64,000 bases of DNA, taken from the IMG/VR virus record IMGVR_UViG_3300012351_000008, positions 1 through 64,000 of that record; one strand, 5' to 3'. How positions within the stretch are numbered: position 1 is the stretch's first letter; each line of letters opens with the position of its first letter. This stretch comes from a virus. Shown here in pieces: positions 47,887-58,531 of the stretch. A program made the position numbers and the translations under genes. Under the pieces are notes generated by a model that was not told the origin of the DNA, searched no databases, and saw only the letters and a list, made by a program, of their open reading frames with translations.

Positions 47887-50589
47887 CTATCTAAACTTAG
47901 CAGTCAATACACCGTCACGATAGGTCGTTGCCGCAATGACGTTGTTACGGAAGGTTGCGAAGATGACACCGTCACGGAAAGTTGCCGTGACAACTCCACT
48001 GTGGAACAACGCAGATATAACGCCATCACGAAAGGTTGCTTGAAGGATAACTTGTGCAATGAATTGTGGTGGCAGTTCCGCAGTCTGGAATGTCTCAATA
48101 ATTGTGAGCAAATCAGTCCACCTGATTTGCTCTGCCGCCAGTAATTGATCAAGCGCGGTCTGCAGTTCTAGCGAAATGAAGGTGCTGATAATCCGCATAC
48201 CATCCGAGACGATGAGCACATCACTGGTAGATATGCCGCTAGATGACACTGAGAGGTCGCTGAGTATGGTTGTGTCGATAGGGAGGTATCTATCAGTAAG
48301 CAGGTCTGTATCACTCGCTACGAGCGGCTCAGTCGTACTCATTAACAGTGCATAGGATGCGGTATCAATGGCGATCAATCCATCAACCGGCCACCTTTGC
48401 ATATTGCTAAAATCGCTGGAGGTCAAGGTATCAGTTGGGAGCGTTTTGTCAATTGCCAGGATGGAATCAACTGTCGCAAGGCTCTCGGTTTGTATTGTGC
48501 CTGACACCATTACGTATGTATCCGTTACAGTTAGATTATCCACAAACGTCATCTGATTGTTGGTGACGCTCGTTATAACTTGTGTCCAGACGGCACTATC
48601 ACTTACACTGAGCGCATCAGTTGTATTGTATCCATCTATCTCCAGAGGCGTAGAGGTTGCTGTAAACCCATCAAAAAGGATACTTCCATCCGTGGAAAGT
48701 GAGGTATCGGCAATGGTCAGTGCATCAACCGGCCTGGCCGTGTCCATCGCAATAACACTATCCACAATGCTGCTTGGCTCTGTGAATAACCCACTTTCAA
48801 CACCCAAAACAACGTCTGCAACACTGTTGGCATCAGTGAATAACCCAACAGTTGTTGAGAGGATGTTCTCAGTGACAGAGAGCACATCGAGAGGAGTGGT
48901 ACGCTCTATGTAGAGCGTGGTGTCACTCACTGTAAGAAGATCAATTCCCCATGCTTGCAGGTTCCCAAGATCAGTAATGGTCAGTGTATCAGCAACACCT
49001 GCGCCATCTGTTATGAGCACAGTATCAGTAACAGCAAGTCCATCAGTCGGAATGGCTACCTGAATAACGCTAAGGGCGTCGGTAACAACAAGGTCATCTT
49101 CAAACGTCATCAGATTCGTGTTGACGCCTAGACTGACCTGTGTCCAGACCGCGCTATCACTGATGAGATTCACTTCATTTTGTACGATTGGGAAATCAAT
49201 CGTACCAGCAAAAGCACGCATCACCCAGTTTTGTGTCGGTGGGAGATTGCTCAGGATAAGCGTGTAGAATGGGCTATCGGCATTTGTGAGCGCTTCAGCC
49301 CGTATCGTTGTATCGGTTATCAGCGCCGCATCTACAACACTGTTACTATCAATCAGCACCGTGCTATCAGTAAACAGTGCCGTCTCTGTACCAGTAAGCG
49401 CATCAAGCGAGAGGGCCATTGAGATGGCAAACAATGTATCAACACCTGAGAGTGCGTCTATGGATAGGGCAACCGTTGTGTTGAATACTGTGTCTGTAAG
49501 AGTGAGTGTGTCAATAAATAGGGCTACATTTATTGTGAGGGGCGTGCTATCAGAGGCTACAAGCGCGTCCACCAGCGATGCACTATCACTAGCCAGTGTG
49601 GTATCTATAGCGGTTAACGCATCAACAGGAATGACATTATCAGCAACAAGTACCGTATCGGCAATGGTCAGTGCATCAACCGGCCATGCTTGTATCTCTC
49701 CTCTATCAGTAATTGTATTGGCATCAATTGACAGTGCCGTATCAGTTTGCAGAAGTGTATCGCCAACAGCAAGAGTCTCTATACTCAGGTAAGTCGTTGT
49801 CTGGACCAGCGTATCAGTAGCACTTAAACCATTATCCTGCGGCCAGTTCAGTACGTTCTCAAAATCCTGTACATATATTCCTGCAGCGTAGTGTGTAGCA
49901 ACCTGAGTACTGTTGAGTGCTTTGCGATACACAACAGCTTCATTGATGTTCCCTGTAAAAGTGTCATTGACTGTGAATGGATAGGTTGCTGGTGTTGGGT
50001 TGCTGGTGATCGCTTGCGATGTTGAAAGCACACCATCAACATAAAATAAAATTGAAGCACCGTCAAAGACACCAACAAGGTGATGCCATTTATTAACGGC
50101 AAGTGAGTTATCATACCCAAAGGCATAGGTGGAAGAGTTACTTAATTGTGCAATTAAGAAGAGTGCCGAATTCGTTGGGGCAGTCGTCAAATACATCCAG
50201 CACTCGACACTCCAGACGGGCCAGCCAGTAGGATCGAGAGTAATCGGAGAAGTTACTTCTCCCCCAGAGGAAAACCCTATAGAAGTTTCGCTGCTACTAG
50301 CAATGGCTCCAGGTTGATTATAGGAAATCCCTGAAGAGCTATAAGAAGCATTTTGGCTATTGAGGCTAGAATCAATAGCAACTAAACCAGAAGATTCATT
50401 CAGACGGTAATAGGCAGCAGGCACGTCTGAGAGAATCGTTGCCGCATAATTTGCCAGTGCATCCTGAAAAATCATCCGGTTGTTTACAGGATAATCGAGT
50501 GTAGCCGCAAAAGAGCGAATATCCCAATGCCCTGCTAAAAGGTCTGTATCAATTGTACCAGCGAAGGCGCGTTCAATCCATGTTGGCAT
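47887..50589 (-). CDS. LamG/concanavalin-domain virion protein with a Thr/Asp-rich repeat stalk
   Basis: AYYRLNESSG, WHHLVGVFDG, YRKALNSTQVATHY; D.L...D repeats. Confidence 0.75.
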   Translation of the reverse strand: MPTWIERAFAGTIDTDLLAGHWDIRSFAATLDYPVNNRMIFQDALANYAATILSDVPAAYYRLNESSGLVAIDSSLNSQNASYSSSGISYNQPGAIASSSETSIGFSSGGEVTSPITLDPTGWPVWSVECWMYLTTAPTNSALFLIAQLSNSSTYAFGYDNSLAVNKWHHLVGVFDGASILFYVDGVLSTSQAITSNPTPATYPFTVNDTFTGNINEAVVYRKALNSTQVATHYAAGIYVQDFENVLNWPQDNGLSATDTLVQTTTYLSIETLAVGDTLLQTDTALSIDANTITDRGEIQAWPVDALTIADTVLVADNVIPVDALTAIDTTLASDSASLVDALVASDSTPLTINVALFIDTLTLTDTVFNTTVALSIDALSGVDTLFAISMALSLDALTGTETALFTDSTVLIDSNSVVDAALITDTTIRAEALTNADSPFYTLILSNLPPTQNWVMRAFAGTIDFPIVQNEVNLISDSAVWTQVSLGVNTNLMTFEDDLVVTDALSVIQVAIPTDGLAVTDTVLITDGAGVADTLTITDLGNLQAWGIDLLTVSDTTLYIERTTPLDVLSVTENILSTTVGLFTDANSVADVVLGVESGLFTEPSSIVDSVIAMDTARPVDALTIADTSLSTDGSILFDGFTATSTPLEIDGYNTTDALSVSDSAVWTQVITSVTNNQMTFVDNLTVTDTYVMVSGTIQTESLATVDSILAIDKTLPTDTLTSSDFSNMQRWPVDGLIAIDTASYALLMSTTEPLVASDTDLLTDRYLPIDTTILSDLSVSSSGISTSDVLIVSDGMRIISTFISLELQTALDQLLAAEQIRWTDLLTIIETFQTAELPPQFIAQVILQATFRDGVISALFHSGVVTATFRDGVIFATFRNNVIAATTYRDGVLTAKFR

Positions 50590-50638
50590 ACTACGCTCCT
50601 TCTACCCGATACACTCTAGTCAAAAACTATTACCTCTT

Positions 50639-51136
50639 CTAAGTCCCGATTAAAGATGCGGAAAAAGTAAACGAGGGACTTGTTCCTGTTATCACCCAGC
50701 GCAGCCTGATAACAGTTCCTATACTTTGTGCTATAGCACATCCTGGACCTATAGAAGTGCTGACCATTGCTACTGCGGTTTGTGGTGGACTCTGCCAAAG
50801 TGGATAGTAAATACCATCCACTCCTTTCCTGTCCACATAAAATACTGCCGTTGGTGTTACTGTTCCAGAAATGACTGTAATATTGATGTCAACAGAAACT
50901 TCTCCATAGGCAGTAACAGCTAAATCAGCACTATTCCCATTTGTTGTTTGAGCAGCACTGACCTGGTTCAATAAACTTGCCGACGCCTCCTGGAAAACTG
51001 CCGCTGCTGATTGATTACTTGAGCCATCAGTGTTGGTAATTACTGAGCCTTGCAGGGCTACAAAACCAACACCCGGAACATATGTTTGTGCGATAGGGAC
51101 ATTGCCAGAGTCCCTAATTGATGATCCAAATGCCAC
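50639..51136 (-). CDS. Virion structural protein
   Basis: GGAGG RBS; beta-rich, resembles the C-terminus of 58532..59866. Confidence 0.6.
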   Translation of the reverse strand: MAFGSSIRDSGNVPIAQTYVPGVGFVALQGSVITNTDGSSNQSAAAVFQEASASLLNQVSAAQTTNGNSADLAVTAYGEVSVDINITVISGTVTPTAVFYVDRKGVDGIYYPLWQSPPQTAVAMVSTSIGPGCAIAQSIGTVIRLRWVITGTSPSFTFSASLIGT

Positions 51137-51171
51137 TTATACGCCTCCTCACTAGTTAGTGTTAACACTAA

Positions 51172-52500
51172 CTATTCTTCTGTGAATTCCATATACACAT
51201 CGATAGAGCCTCCGGTTACCAATGCGCTTGCAACAACAGCAAAGTACTGCGTTGTGCCTCTTAGGATAGGAGCCTGCGCCGGGCGAATACCAAAATCCCA
51301 GGTAACAGGATTTCCCGCAACTGTCGTTAAATTGCAGCAGAGCTTTCCTGTTCGCACCGTACCTACGACTGTTCCTGTGGTTGGAGCAACGGTATAGATG
51401 GAAGCCACAGCCGTACCAGCCGCATTTGTACTGTCGTGTGGTGTGATAACAGGCGCAGTCCCCGTTGTTCCTGCTGACGGTGCGGAGGACCATTTCACCA
51501 GAGAAATATCTATCGTCACTGCCGTTGTGCCAATACCACTCACATCGCACTTTGTTAGGCGGATAGTTTTCGTAGAGCTTCCTTGCAAAACAAACAAGGC
51601 ACCAGCCGTAGTGGCCTGCACAATAGGTACTGAAGAAGCACTATACGTTGGTTTCGCACCATCGTTAGAAGGAGTAACCTGAGCACTTCCCCCAATCGTG
51701 ACTGTTTGCTGTCTCCATGGGTATGTGGCATCTGAAACCTGAAAACTGTTTTTAGCGGTGTCTGCTAAAGTGACGGTATTCACCTGAAGGACACCGCTAC
51801 TACCAGGACCAGTGGAACCAGCAATAGCGGTGAATTTTATTGGGAGTATGTTGACATCCGGGCCTGGAGCACCTGTAGTTGTTTGAGCGACCACATTATC
51901 GTTTCCGTCAATAGCCCAAATAATGTTATCACCCTTATAGTACATATAGTACTTATGCGTGTTGGAGTCTGTAGGCTGTTTATTATTGCCACTAGATGAA
52001 AGGTCTTGAACAACCACGCGAGTACCTGATTGATACGTAATCGCAAACAGCTTGCCAGCCGTGGTCACTTCGAAGCCTGCCGCATTGGTTAATGGGGCTG
52101 CTGCTGTTGGTGATCCAGGGGATGTTCCAAGGCCCCAAAAGAAATATTGATTGGCGACGACCGGATACGTAATATTAATACCTGTGTAGAACATTAACCA
52201 ACCAGGGTTGACCGGGGCAAACGTTGCAACACTTTCCAGGTAAGAATAACCATTAGCTGTTGTACCAGTGCCAAGCGTCGTATTCGTTAATGCATTAGAG
52301 GCTGCGACTCCACCGCCTGAAGCTGTTGGTGATTTCCAGCGGTTTGTTACATCTAAGGTAGAGGTATCGAACCCATCCTGGAATAACTGCGTTGGTTCCA
52401 GAGCAGCCCGGATATATCCCGGCGCAAAAATAGAAACCGGGTACGTATTTGTTGAATCGATAATATTGACCGATGGTGGTGTCTGTGATGGAACTGGCAT
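51172..52500 (-). CDS. Virion structural protein, paralog of 58532..59866
   Basis: Shared ALEP.QLFQDGFDT...GAPGPDVNILPIKFTAIAG. Confidence 0.7.
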   Translation of the reverse strand: MPVPSQTPPSVNIIDSTNTYPVSIFAPGYIRAALEPTQLFQDGFDTSTLDVTNRWKSPTASGGGVAASNALTNTTLGTGTTANGYSYLESVATFAPVNPGWLMFYTGINITYPVVANQYFFWGLGTSPGSPTAAAPLTNAAGFEVTTAGKLFAITYQSGTRVVVQDLSSSGNNKQPTDSNTHKYYMYYKGDNIIWAIDGNDNVVAQTTTGAPGPDVNILPIKFTAIAGSTGPGSSGVLQVNTVTLADTAKNSFQVSDATYPWRQQTVTIGGSAQVTPSNDGAKPTYSASSVPIVQATTAGALFVLQGSSTKTIRLTKCDVSGIGTTAVTIDISLVKWSSAPSAGTTGTAPVITPHDSTNAAGTAVASIYTVAPTTGTVVGTVRTGKLCCNLTTVAGNPVTWDFGIRPAQAPILRGTTQYFAVVASALVTGGSIDVYMEFTEE

Positions 52501-52513
52501 ATTTCCTCCCTAT

Positions 52514-54163
52514 CTATGCATGATACCACTTAGATACACTACTATCCCATTTAAAGAACATACATCTATTAGCAGCAATCACTGCTGATACACCATCAGC
52601 CACGTTACTTGTGCCAACAACTGCAAACGTAACAGTAAAAGCGCTTTCGTTCGTAACAACGCATTCCTGACCTACTATCGTTCCAGCTTGCATAATTACT
52701 CCAGTAACATTGCCGGTCGGTGCAACGCGTGCCTCTCCTATATTCGCAGTTGTTATGGTGCCAGCAGTGGCAATGGCTGCCGCACTCGCGCTTTGTCCAG
52801 TAGCCAGAACACCACTTGATGTGATATTTCCTGTACTGGCATCAAGATTATATTTAAGAGTCGACCCATTATCAGAGTAGCCGCTAAACGCGAAGCCGTT
52901 CTTGAGTTGGAACACGGAATCATAGGTATCAAGGGAAAAAAGGACAGACCCGGAATTATTGATAACTTGTAGACCATAGAAGCTCCCATTGCCAATTTGG
53001 AAAAATCCACCCTTGCCCGGTGTTCCGTCAGAAGTGACCCCATTCATTTTGAGGTATCCGCTCGAACCTCCTACTGGATAACCGCTATTGCTAAAAATGC
53101 CTGTCCCGGCAGTTTGATAGGCATTTATCTCGTAGACATTCCCTGTAGTATTTCTTTCGTCAAGTACACCTGTATTGCAGCTAAACGATTTCCCTGAGAT
53201 ATTGCAGATATTAGCTGTAGCAGCAGTTGTTACCCCTGCCGATTGGAATGTTTGACTCGTGTACGGAGTTTGCCCTGCGGCCTGCCCAAATTGAATACCA
53301 CGTCCTTGTCGAGTTGCGTCTCCAGTACTTCCAACTTCAAGATTTACTGCCTGGCAATCATTTGCCAGGAGTACAAGGGCACACGTATCGGACCCTTCAA
53401 TCTGGCAGCTTGTGAGAATAAGTTCAGATGATTCATTGAGCAAAGTTACCGCGCTGACACCAGTTGGCGTTGCCCAGAAGTGACAGTGGCTCATTCTCAG
53501 TGCAATACAGTTCGGGGCAATATGCACAACATGCGAACCGCTTGCGAAACCAGAGACAGCATCCCACTGCATGTCGGTTGGACCACCTATTTCGATAGCC
53601 ATTCCGTTACAGTCATGAGACATAACATCATACCAATGTGGCATAAAAGCGTTATTTGGTGCAGTTGGGTTCGCACTTGCATACCAATCTAACAAGATAT
53701 TTCCACTGTATCCACTGCGTATCTCAACATGCTCAAAGATATGCCCATACCCGTAACAGCGTATAGGATAACTTGGTCCCGCTGTCTGGTTGGCTTTATT
53801 GCCATCCAGCGTCAGATCACGAAATCCCCAATAATTTGTACCCGTTGAAGAACCAGCCCCGTTTACCCCTGCAAGATTGATGTTTGCTGTGTTTGCACTG
53901 AAAAGGTCGGCATTTGCTCCGTTTTTTAATTTAATGGTAGTGACACCTTCTCCTGCACCTACATATTGCACATTGGCTTTTATTGCCTGGTTCGTACTAA
54001 TGTAAGTACCCGGAGGAAAGAAGAGTATACCCCCTGCTACCGCAACAGCCGTATTCGCCGCAGCAATGGCTGTGGTATCATCTGTTGAACCGTCACCAAG
54101 AGCACCGTAGTCCTTCACATTGGTGAAAAAACTATTCTTTTGTTGAAATAACCATACAGGCAT
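52514..54163 (-). CDS. Pectate-lyase-like beta-helix tail spike / depolymerase
   Basis: NVKDYGALGDGSTDDTTAI...FFPPGTY...DLTLDGNKANQ. Confidence 0.85.
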   Translation of the reverse strand: MPVWLFQQKNSFFTNVKDYGALGDGSTDDTTAIAAANTAVAVAGGILFFPPGTYISTNQAIKANVQYVGAGEGVTTIKLKNGANADLFSANTANINLAGVNGAGSSTGTNYWGFRDLTLDGNKANQTAGPSYPIRCYGYGHIFEHVEIRSGYSGNILLDWYASANPTAPNNAFMPHWYDVMSHDCNGMAIEIGGPTDMQWDAVSGFASGSHVVHIAPNCIALRMSHCHFWATPTGVSAVTLLNESSELILTSCQIEGSDTCALVLLANDCQAVNLEVGSTGDATRQGRGIQFGQAAGQTPYTSQTFQSAGVTTAATANICNISGKSFSCNTGVLDERNTTGNVYEINAYQTAGTGIFSNSGYPVGGSSGYLKMNGVTSDGTPGKGGFFQIGNGSFYGLQVINNSGSVLFSLDTYDSVFQLKNGFAFSGYSDNGSTLKYNLDASTGNITSSGVLATGQSASAAAIATAGTITTANIGEARVAPTGNVTGVIMQAGTIVGQECVVTNESAFTVTFAVVGTSNVADGVSAVIAANRCMFFKWDSSVSKWYHA

Positions 54164-54166
54164 AAT

Positions 54167-54355
54167 TTACGCTATCTGCACCGTCCCTATATATCCAGTC
54201 ATACCCTGAGCTGTTGCCAGATCAGCCGGTGCCGGATTGACCCAATGCCACACGTATGCGGTATCAGTCCCGCGCACAAGCTCAGTGCCGTCCAGATCAT
54301 TCATGGCAACACGGACGGCATGGTTCATAGCAGTGATCAGAATATATTCAGTCAT
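54167..54355 (-). CDS. Small hypothetical protein (paralog A)
   Basis: MTEYILI...GMTGYIGTVQ. Confidence 0.65.
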   Translation of the reverse strand: MTEYILITAMNHAVRVAMNDLDGTELVRGTDTAYVWHWVNPAPADLATAQGMTGYIGTVQIA

Positions 54356-54379
54356 GAAATGCTTCTTTCCTCACATAAA

Positions 54380-54427
54380 ACAAAAAACACCACAACTAGC
54401 GAACTAGTGTGGCGCAATGGCTCGTAA
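54380..54427 (-). terminator. GAGCC-element terminator
   Basis: acGAGCCattGCGCCac...gtggtgTTTTTT. Confidence 0.7.
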
Positions 54428-54449
54428 AATAAACTATGCTGGCAACCGG

Positions 54450-54638
54450 TTAACTCACTTGCACTTTTCCGATGTAACCAGTCATACCCTCAACATCGGT
54501 TAAATCAGTCGAGGATGGATTGAACCAGTCCCAACAAATAAAGGTGGACTGGGCCGCAATAAGCTCAGGACTACTAAGCGCATTCATTGCTGAGATGACG
54601 GTGCTGTCGTTCAAGGTCACGATGATATATTCAGCCAT
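54450..54638 (-). CDS. Small hypothetical protein (paralog B)
   Basis: MAEYIIV...GMTGYIGKVQ; AGGAG RBS. Confidence 0.65.
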   Translation of the reverse strand: MAEYIIVTLNDSTVISAMNALSSPELIAAQSTFICWDWFNPSSTDLTDVEGMTGYIGKVQVS

Positions 54639-54819
54639 AAAGAAATATCTCCTGTAGTGTGTTAATTGCCGGGAAAAGACGAAGAGATAATAGGCATGTA
54701 AAAGCACGTAAAGTTGCTTGTAGAGCCGTTTTGTGGTATACTTGAGGTACATATTGTTGAGGCCCACAGGTACTCGAAATACCTATGAGCCGGTGATACA
54801 TCTGGATTGGAGATGCATC

Positions 54820-56157
54820 GTGACTACTATACTCGATTCTACCAGTGAACAACAACCCCGGAGCGACTTTTACACATACATGTTGCGCAGACCCGCTGGC
54901 CCTGATACCCCTCCTGAGATAATCTTTCCCGATGGCACTGTTCCCTTTTATATTGGAAAGGGGCATGGAAGACGTATTAAAGGTCATGAAATGTGTGCTC
55001 AAAAGAGAGAAGACTGCCGACACATTTCTTGTAGAGTTATTCGTAAAGTTTGGCGTGAAGATGGTGAAATAGTTTCTGATAAGATGGAAGAACATCTTAC
55101 AGAAGTAGAAGCATTTAAGCAAGAAAAAAGCTGGATTGCATATGGACGTAAAATTGGATGGCCCTTGAGAAACCTGACTGATGGTGGAGAAGGTACCTCT
55201 GGATATAAGACTGCCCCTGCTCAGATTGAAAGACACCGACAACAGATGAAAGAACTGTTTTCTGCGTCTGAGAGGGTTGAAAATCAACGCCAAATAATGT
55301 TGCAATATTGGGAGGAACATCCAGAGATACGTGAACAATACCGCATCAAATGCGCTGATCCTGTTGCGCGTGCTAAACTCGGAGAACCCAACATTGGCAA
55401 CGCATACAACGCTAAATCTTATGAAGGTTTTATGAATCCTCTGGGAGAGGTCTTCATAGGCATTTTTAATCTTGCTCAATTTGCCAGAGAACATAACCTT
55501 GACAGGGTTCATTTGGGTGAAGTAGATCAGGGAACCCGCATTTCTCACAAAGGCTGGACACGCTACCCACCGTTGGAACGAGAGGAGAAACCACCGACTT
55601 ATGCAAAATCGGGATTCAAGTCCCCTGATGGAACTATCTATGAGGCTGAAGTCGTTCCAAACCTTACTAGCTTTTGTGCGCAGCATGGACTGGAAAGAAG
55701 GTGTATGGGACAACTTGGGAAGGGCGAACTTCATTCCTACAAAGGCTGGACACGTCACCCAGAGATCAAGCCAGAAAGAGATTATCATAACACCTATACA
55801 GGCCCATCTTTGATAAGCCCTGAAGGTGTTATCTATACCCCTGAAATGATTGATAATCTGACTCAATTTTCTCTCACTCATAGTTTGCAAACGAGCAATA
55901 TGTCATTAGTTGCTCAAGGTAAACAAGTTGCACACAAAGGCTGGACACGCTACCCACCGCTTGAAAAGCCATCTAAGTATATTCCTGTCAAATCTCCTAA
56001 TGGAACGATCTATACCATTGATAATATGTCCGAATTTTGCCGCCAACACGGACTTCATAGTAGTGCTATGTCAGCAGTAAATCTTGGCAAACTACCATCT
56101 TATAAGGGATGGACTAGGTGTGATCCTGATGTTACTCAGCCGCCCCTGTTTGAATAG
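54820..56157 (+). CDS. Free-standing GIY-YIG-type homing endonuclease with four NUMOD-like repeats
   Basis: FYTY...PFYIGKG..RR...E...LRNLTDGGEG; four (SP.G...NL..F...H.L...G...KGWTR) units; GTG start after GGAG. Confidence 0.8.
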   Translation: MTTILDSTSEQQPRSDFYTYMLRRPAGPDTPPEIIFPDGTVPFYIGKGHGRRIKGHEMCAQKREDCRHISCRVIRKVWREDGEIVSDKMEEHLTEVEAFKQEKSWIAYGRKIGWPLRNLTDGGEGTSGYKTAPAQIERHRQQMKELFSASERVENQRQIMLQYWEEHPEIREQYRIKCADPVARAKLGEPNIGNAYNAKSYEGFMNPLGEVFIGIFNLAQFAREHNLDRVHLGEVDQGTRISHKGWTRYPPLEREEKPPTYAKSGFKSPDGTIYEAEVVPNLTSFCAQHGLERRCMGQLGKGELHSYKGWTRHPEIKPERDYHNTYTGPSLISPEGVIYTPEMIDNLTQFSLTHSLQTSNMSLVAQGKQVAHKGWTRYPPLEKPSKYIPVKSPNGTIYTIDNMSEFCRQHGLHSSAMSAVNLGKLPSYKGWTRCDPDVTQPPLFE

Positions 56158-56187
56158 CAGAATTTATCAGTCATAATTATTCTATAT

Positions 56188-57348
56188 CTACAATTTAATT
56201 GTGACTGAAACTGAAATATTGTTACTATTGTTGCAAATCATGGATGTGTTCACCTCATGTGCCACAAAATTACCTACAAAGTTACCTGTTGTCGTATTTG
56301 TGGCACCAGACGCCACATTCGTAATCCACGCATCGGTGTAGCTCAATACATTTGTTACTCACTCCTAAGAGTGGGGCTAATCGTTTCTGTTCCGTTAGCC
56401 TCTCTGGTTTCTTTGTTAGGTCATTTCCCAGAGTTCAGACTGTATCTTGGCTTTCGCCCCTGCATTCAGTCGTTCGCGGGTTTGGTGCTACTCTTCATTT
56501 GAGCAATCTTCCTGAACCAAACTTCCGTCGGGATTATCTGCCTCCAGACTTTCCCCGATATAGCAAGTGTTTCATGCTAGCTCATGTTATGCGACCAGCA
56601 AGCGGCAGCTATGTTTACCGTTTGTTGCGGAACCTCCATTTGTTGCATTGGCAAATGTAAATGAAATTACAAGTGAACGGTTGCCTGCACCTGTAGTGGC
56701 AGTATAAACGAACGCGCCTGCTGAAAGGTTGCCACTATACGACTCAACCGGCGTAGTTGCATTCACCTTCAAGTTACCGTTAGTTGGGTTTTCACCAACA
56801 TTCGGCAGTGGTACAACGTTCGTGCCAATGGCATATGCAGCATTGCTTGTGTATGAAACAGTAGTTAATGCTGTTGCAGCTTGTGATGCTGATGCATTCA
56901 TGCTGACAACTTGAGTCTGAGCTGTCCCGTATCCTACTGTTAGCTGTGTTACCGTACTTGAAATTGGGGCCGGGTAGTCCAAAGAGATAGCTGCTGGAAT
57001 AGCTGCTACTGCCAGAGAAATCACACTTGTCTGCCCGTTCGTAAGTGCAGTTGTGAGTGTTGTGCTCCCTGAATTGTTGTTGATGTACAGGTTGTTCCAC
57101 TGGCTAGAGTTGGAAGCGGCAGCAATGGCAGAGGCAAGGATATTGATTGCGCCCTTGTCAGTTATTACGTTTTTGGTTATTTCGCGCTTCCTGATCTCGC
57201 CTGTTTTCGGGTCCCACTGCTTCCACTCCCAAATACCGGTAGGTGCTCCGTGTGTCTCTACCATGTCACACAGTTCAGTGAAACCGCGAGGCCGTACTGA
57301 TGTGCAACGCCAGTACTCAGGGATATTGATAAGCTCTTGAGTTGGCAT
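56188..57348 (-). CDS. Virion structural protein interrupted by a group I intron (exons 57348-56617 and 56343-56188; about 295 aa)
   Basis: Splicing joins ...GGSATNG|SYTDAWITNV...ISVSVTIKL* in frame. Confidence 0.8.
56344..56616 (-). ncRNA. Group I intron (273 nt, no ORF)
   Basis: P TTGCTATATCGGGGAAAG, Q AATCCCGACGGAAG, R CGAACGACTGAATGC, S AAGATACAGTCTG; 5' exon ends in U, intron ends in G; P1 and P10 pairing. Confidence 0.88.
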
Positions 57349-57387
57349 CAAATGAATACTCCTTCCACGATGTGGATGAGTGACGAA

Positions 57388-58278
57388 TTAAAACATTGCA
57401 TACGTATCAAGCATTTTATAGGCACGCTTTGCCCATAAGCTCTCACCGGAAAAGTCTCCTCGTAGCGCTGCTACAACCCGCCGATCTCCACTACTAATAT
57501 CTGCGGCTCCAAGCGGGTTGAGCCTCTTCGCTAGAATATCGCTCGTCAAGAGGACACACGCCTCACGCACGTCACCCGGCATGGATGCAGCAGGATAGCC
57601 AGCCGTGTATGTGATGGTCAAGAACAGATTGGTGGTTCTTGATATCGCTGGTAATAGGCTGTATGTACTTCCCCCGCCACCACTACCGGCAACAAGCCAC
57701 GGCACACACACGACCTGCTGGCTGGCATCAACGAGCGCTTGCGTGGAGTCATAGCTCACTGGCGTGGCATTGTTTTGCTTGATGGTAATACCTGTTTCCG
57801 TTGAGACTGGGAAGTGTCGAGGGCGGAACACCAGCATACTTTGGTTATCGATACTTGCGCGATACGATGGCATACGAAGCGTCTCTGTGTACGTTGCCTG
57901 GAAAATTGCCTGCTGCAAGTAGTTCTCTAGTGCTGCCGATGCGGCCACGATCTGATCTGCGAGACTGCCCATAACACCATCACTACATAACACCGTATAT
58001 TGCGCGTGGGCATAGACAAGCCCCGGAGCCTGAATAGTGATGCTAGACGAGCCCGGTGTGACAGGGGTAGCAACGATAACCACCTCACTACTTGAGCCAT
58101 CAAAGATAGTAATGTGATCATTACTATTCAGTGCTACCGTGGTAACTGGCGTAACAGATAGTGAGGTTGCCCCAATACTTGCAGCAGCCAACAGACGTAC
58201 AACATTGCCAATGAGTGAGCCGAGTTCTAAGCCTGTCGGGTTGCGCTGAACATCAAGAACCGTCGCATACAGATTCAT
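57388..58278 (-). CDS. Head-tail connector protein with insertion
   Basis: IVAASAALENYL...ITYTAGY...PGDVREAC. Confidence 0.75.
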   Translation of the reverse strand: MNLYATVLDVQRNPTGLELGSLIGNVVRLLAAASIGATSLSVTPVTTVALNSNDHITIFDGSSSEVVIVATPVTPGSSSITIQAPGLVYAHAQYTVLCSDGVMGSLADQIVAASAALENYLQQAIFQATYTETLRMPSYRASIDNQSMLVFRPRHFPVSTETGITIKQNNATPVSYDSTQALVDASQQVVCVPWLVAGSGGGGSTYSLLPAISRTTNLFLTITYTAGYPAASMPGDVREACVLLTSDILAKRLNPLGAADISSGDRRVVAALRGDFSGESLWAKRAYKMLDTYAMF

Positions 58279-58288
58279 CGGTGCTTGT

Positions 58289-58522
58289 TTATTCCTCTCG
58301 TAAGGCACGCCTTTGTGCTCGTTGTGCCTGCCTGGCGAGCCGATCAACTTGCGGCTCGCTGGAATCGCCACGAACAGGTTCGAGATTCTCCAATGCTTCT
58401 AGACGCTCCTCTAGATCGTCTATTCTCTCCTCAAGTGAGTTAAGCGTGGGCGGTTCGAGTACTAACGGATCAACGGAAATAGACTCTGACTTCACCTGAT
58501 CTTCTTTCTTTGTCATAAACAT
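58289..58522 (-). CDS. Small hypothetical coiled-coil protein
   Basis: AAGGA RBS. Confidence 0.55.
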   Translation of the reverse strand: MFMTKKEDQVKSESISVDPLVLEPPTLNSLEERIDDLEERLEALENLEPVRGDSSEPQVDRLARQAQRAQRRALREE

Positions 58523-58531
58523 TTTCCTTTA

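Noticed and set aside
54631-55890. 419-aa minus-strand ORF
   Set aside because: Antisense shadow of the endonuclease gene, with atypical composition and no motifs.
56587-56616. C-terminus KHSCRLLVA* given in the ORF track
   Set aside because: It is translated intron sequence.
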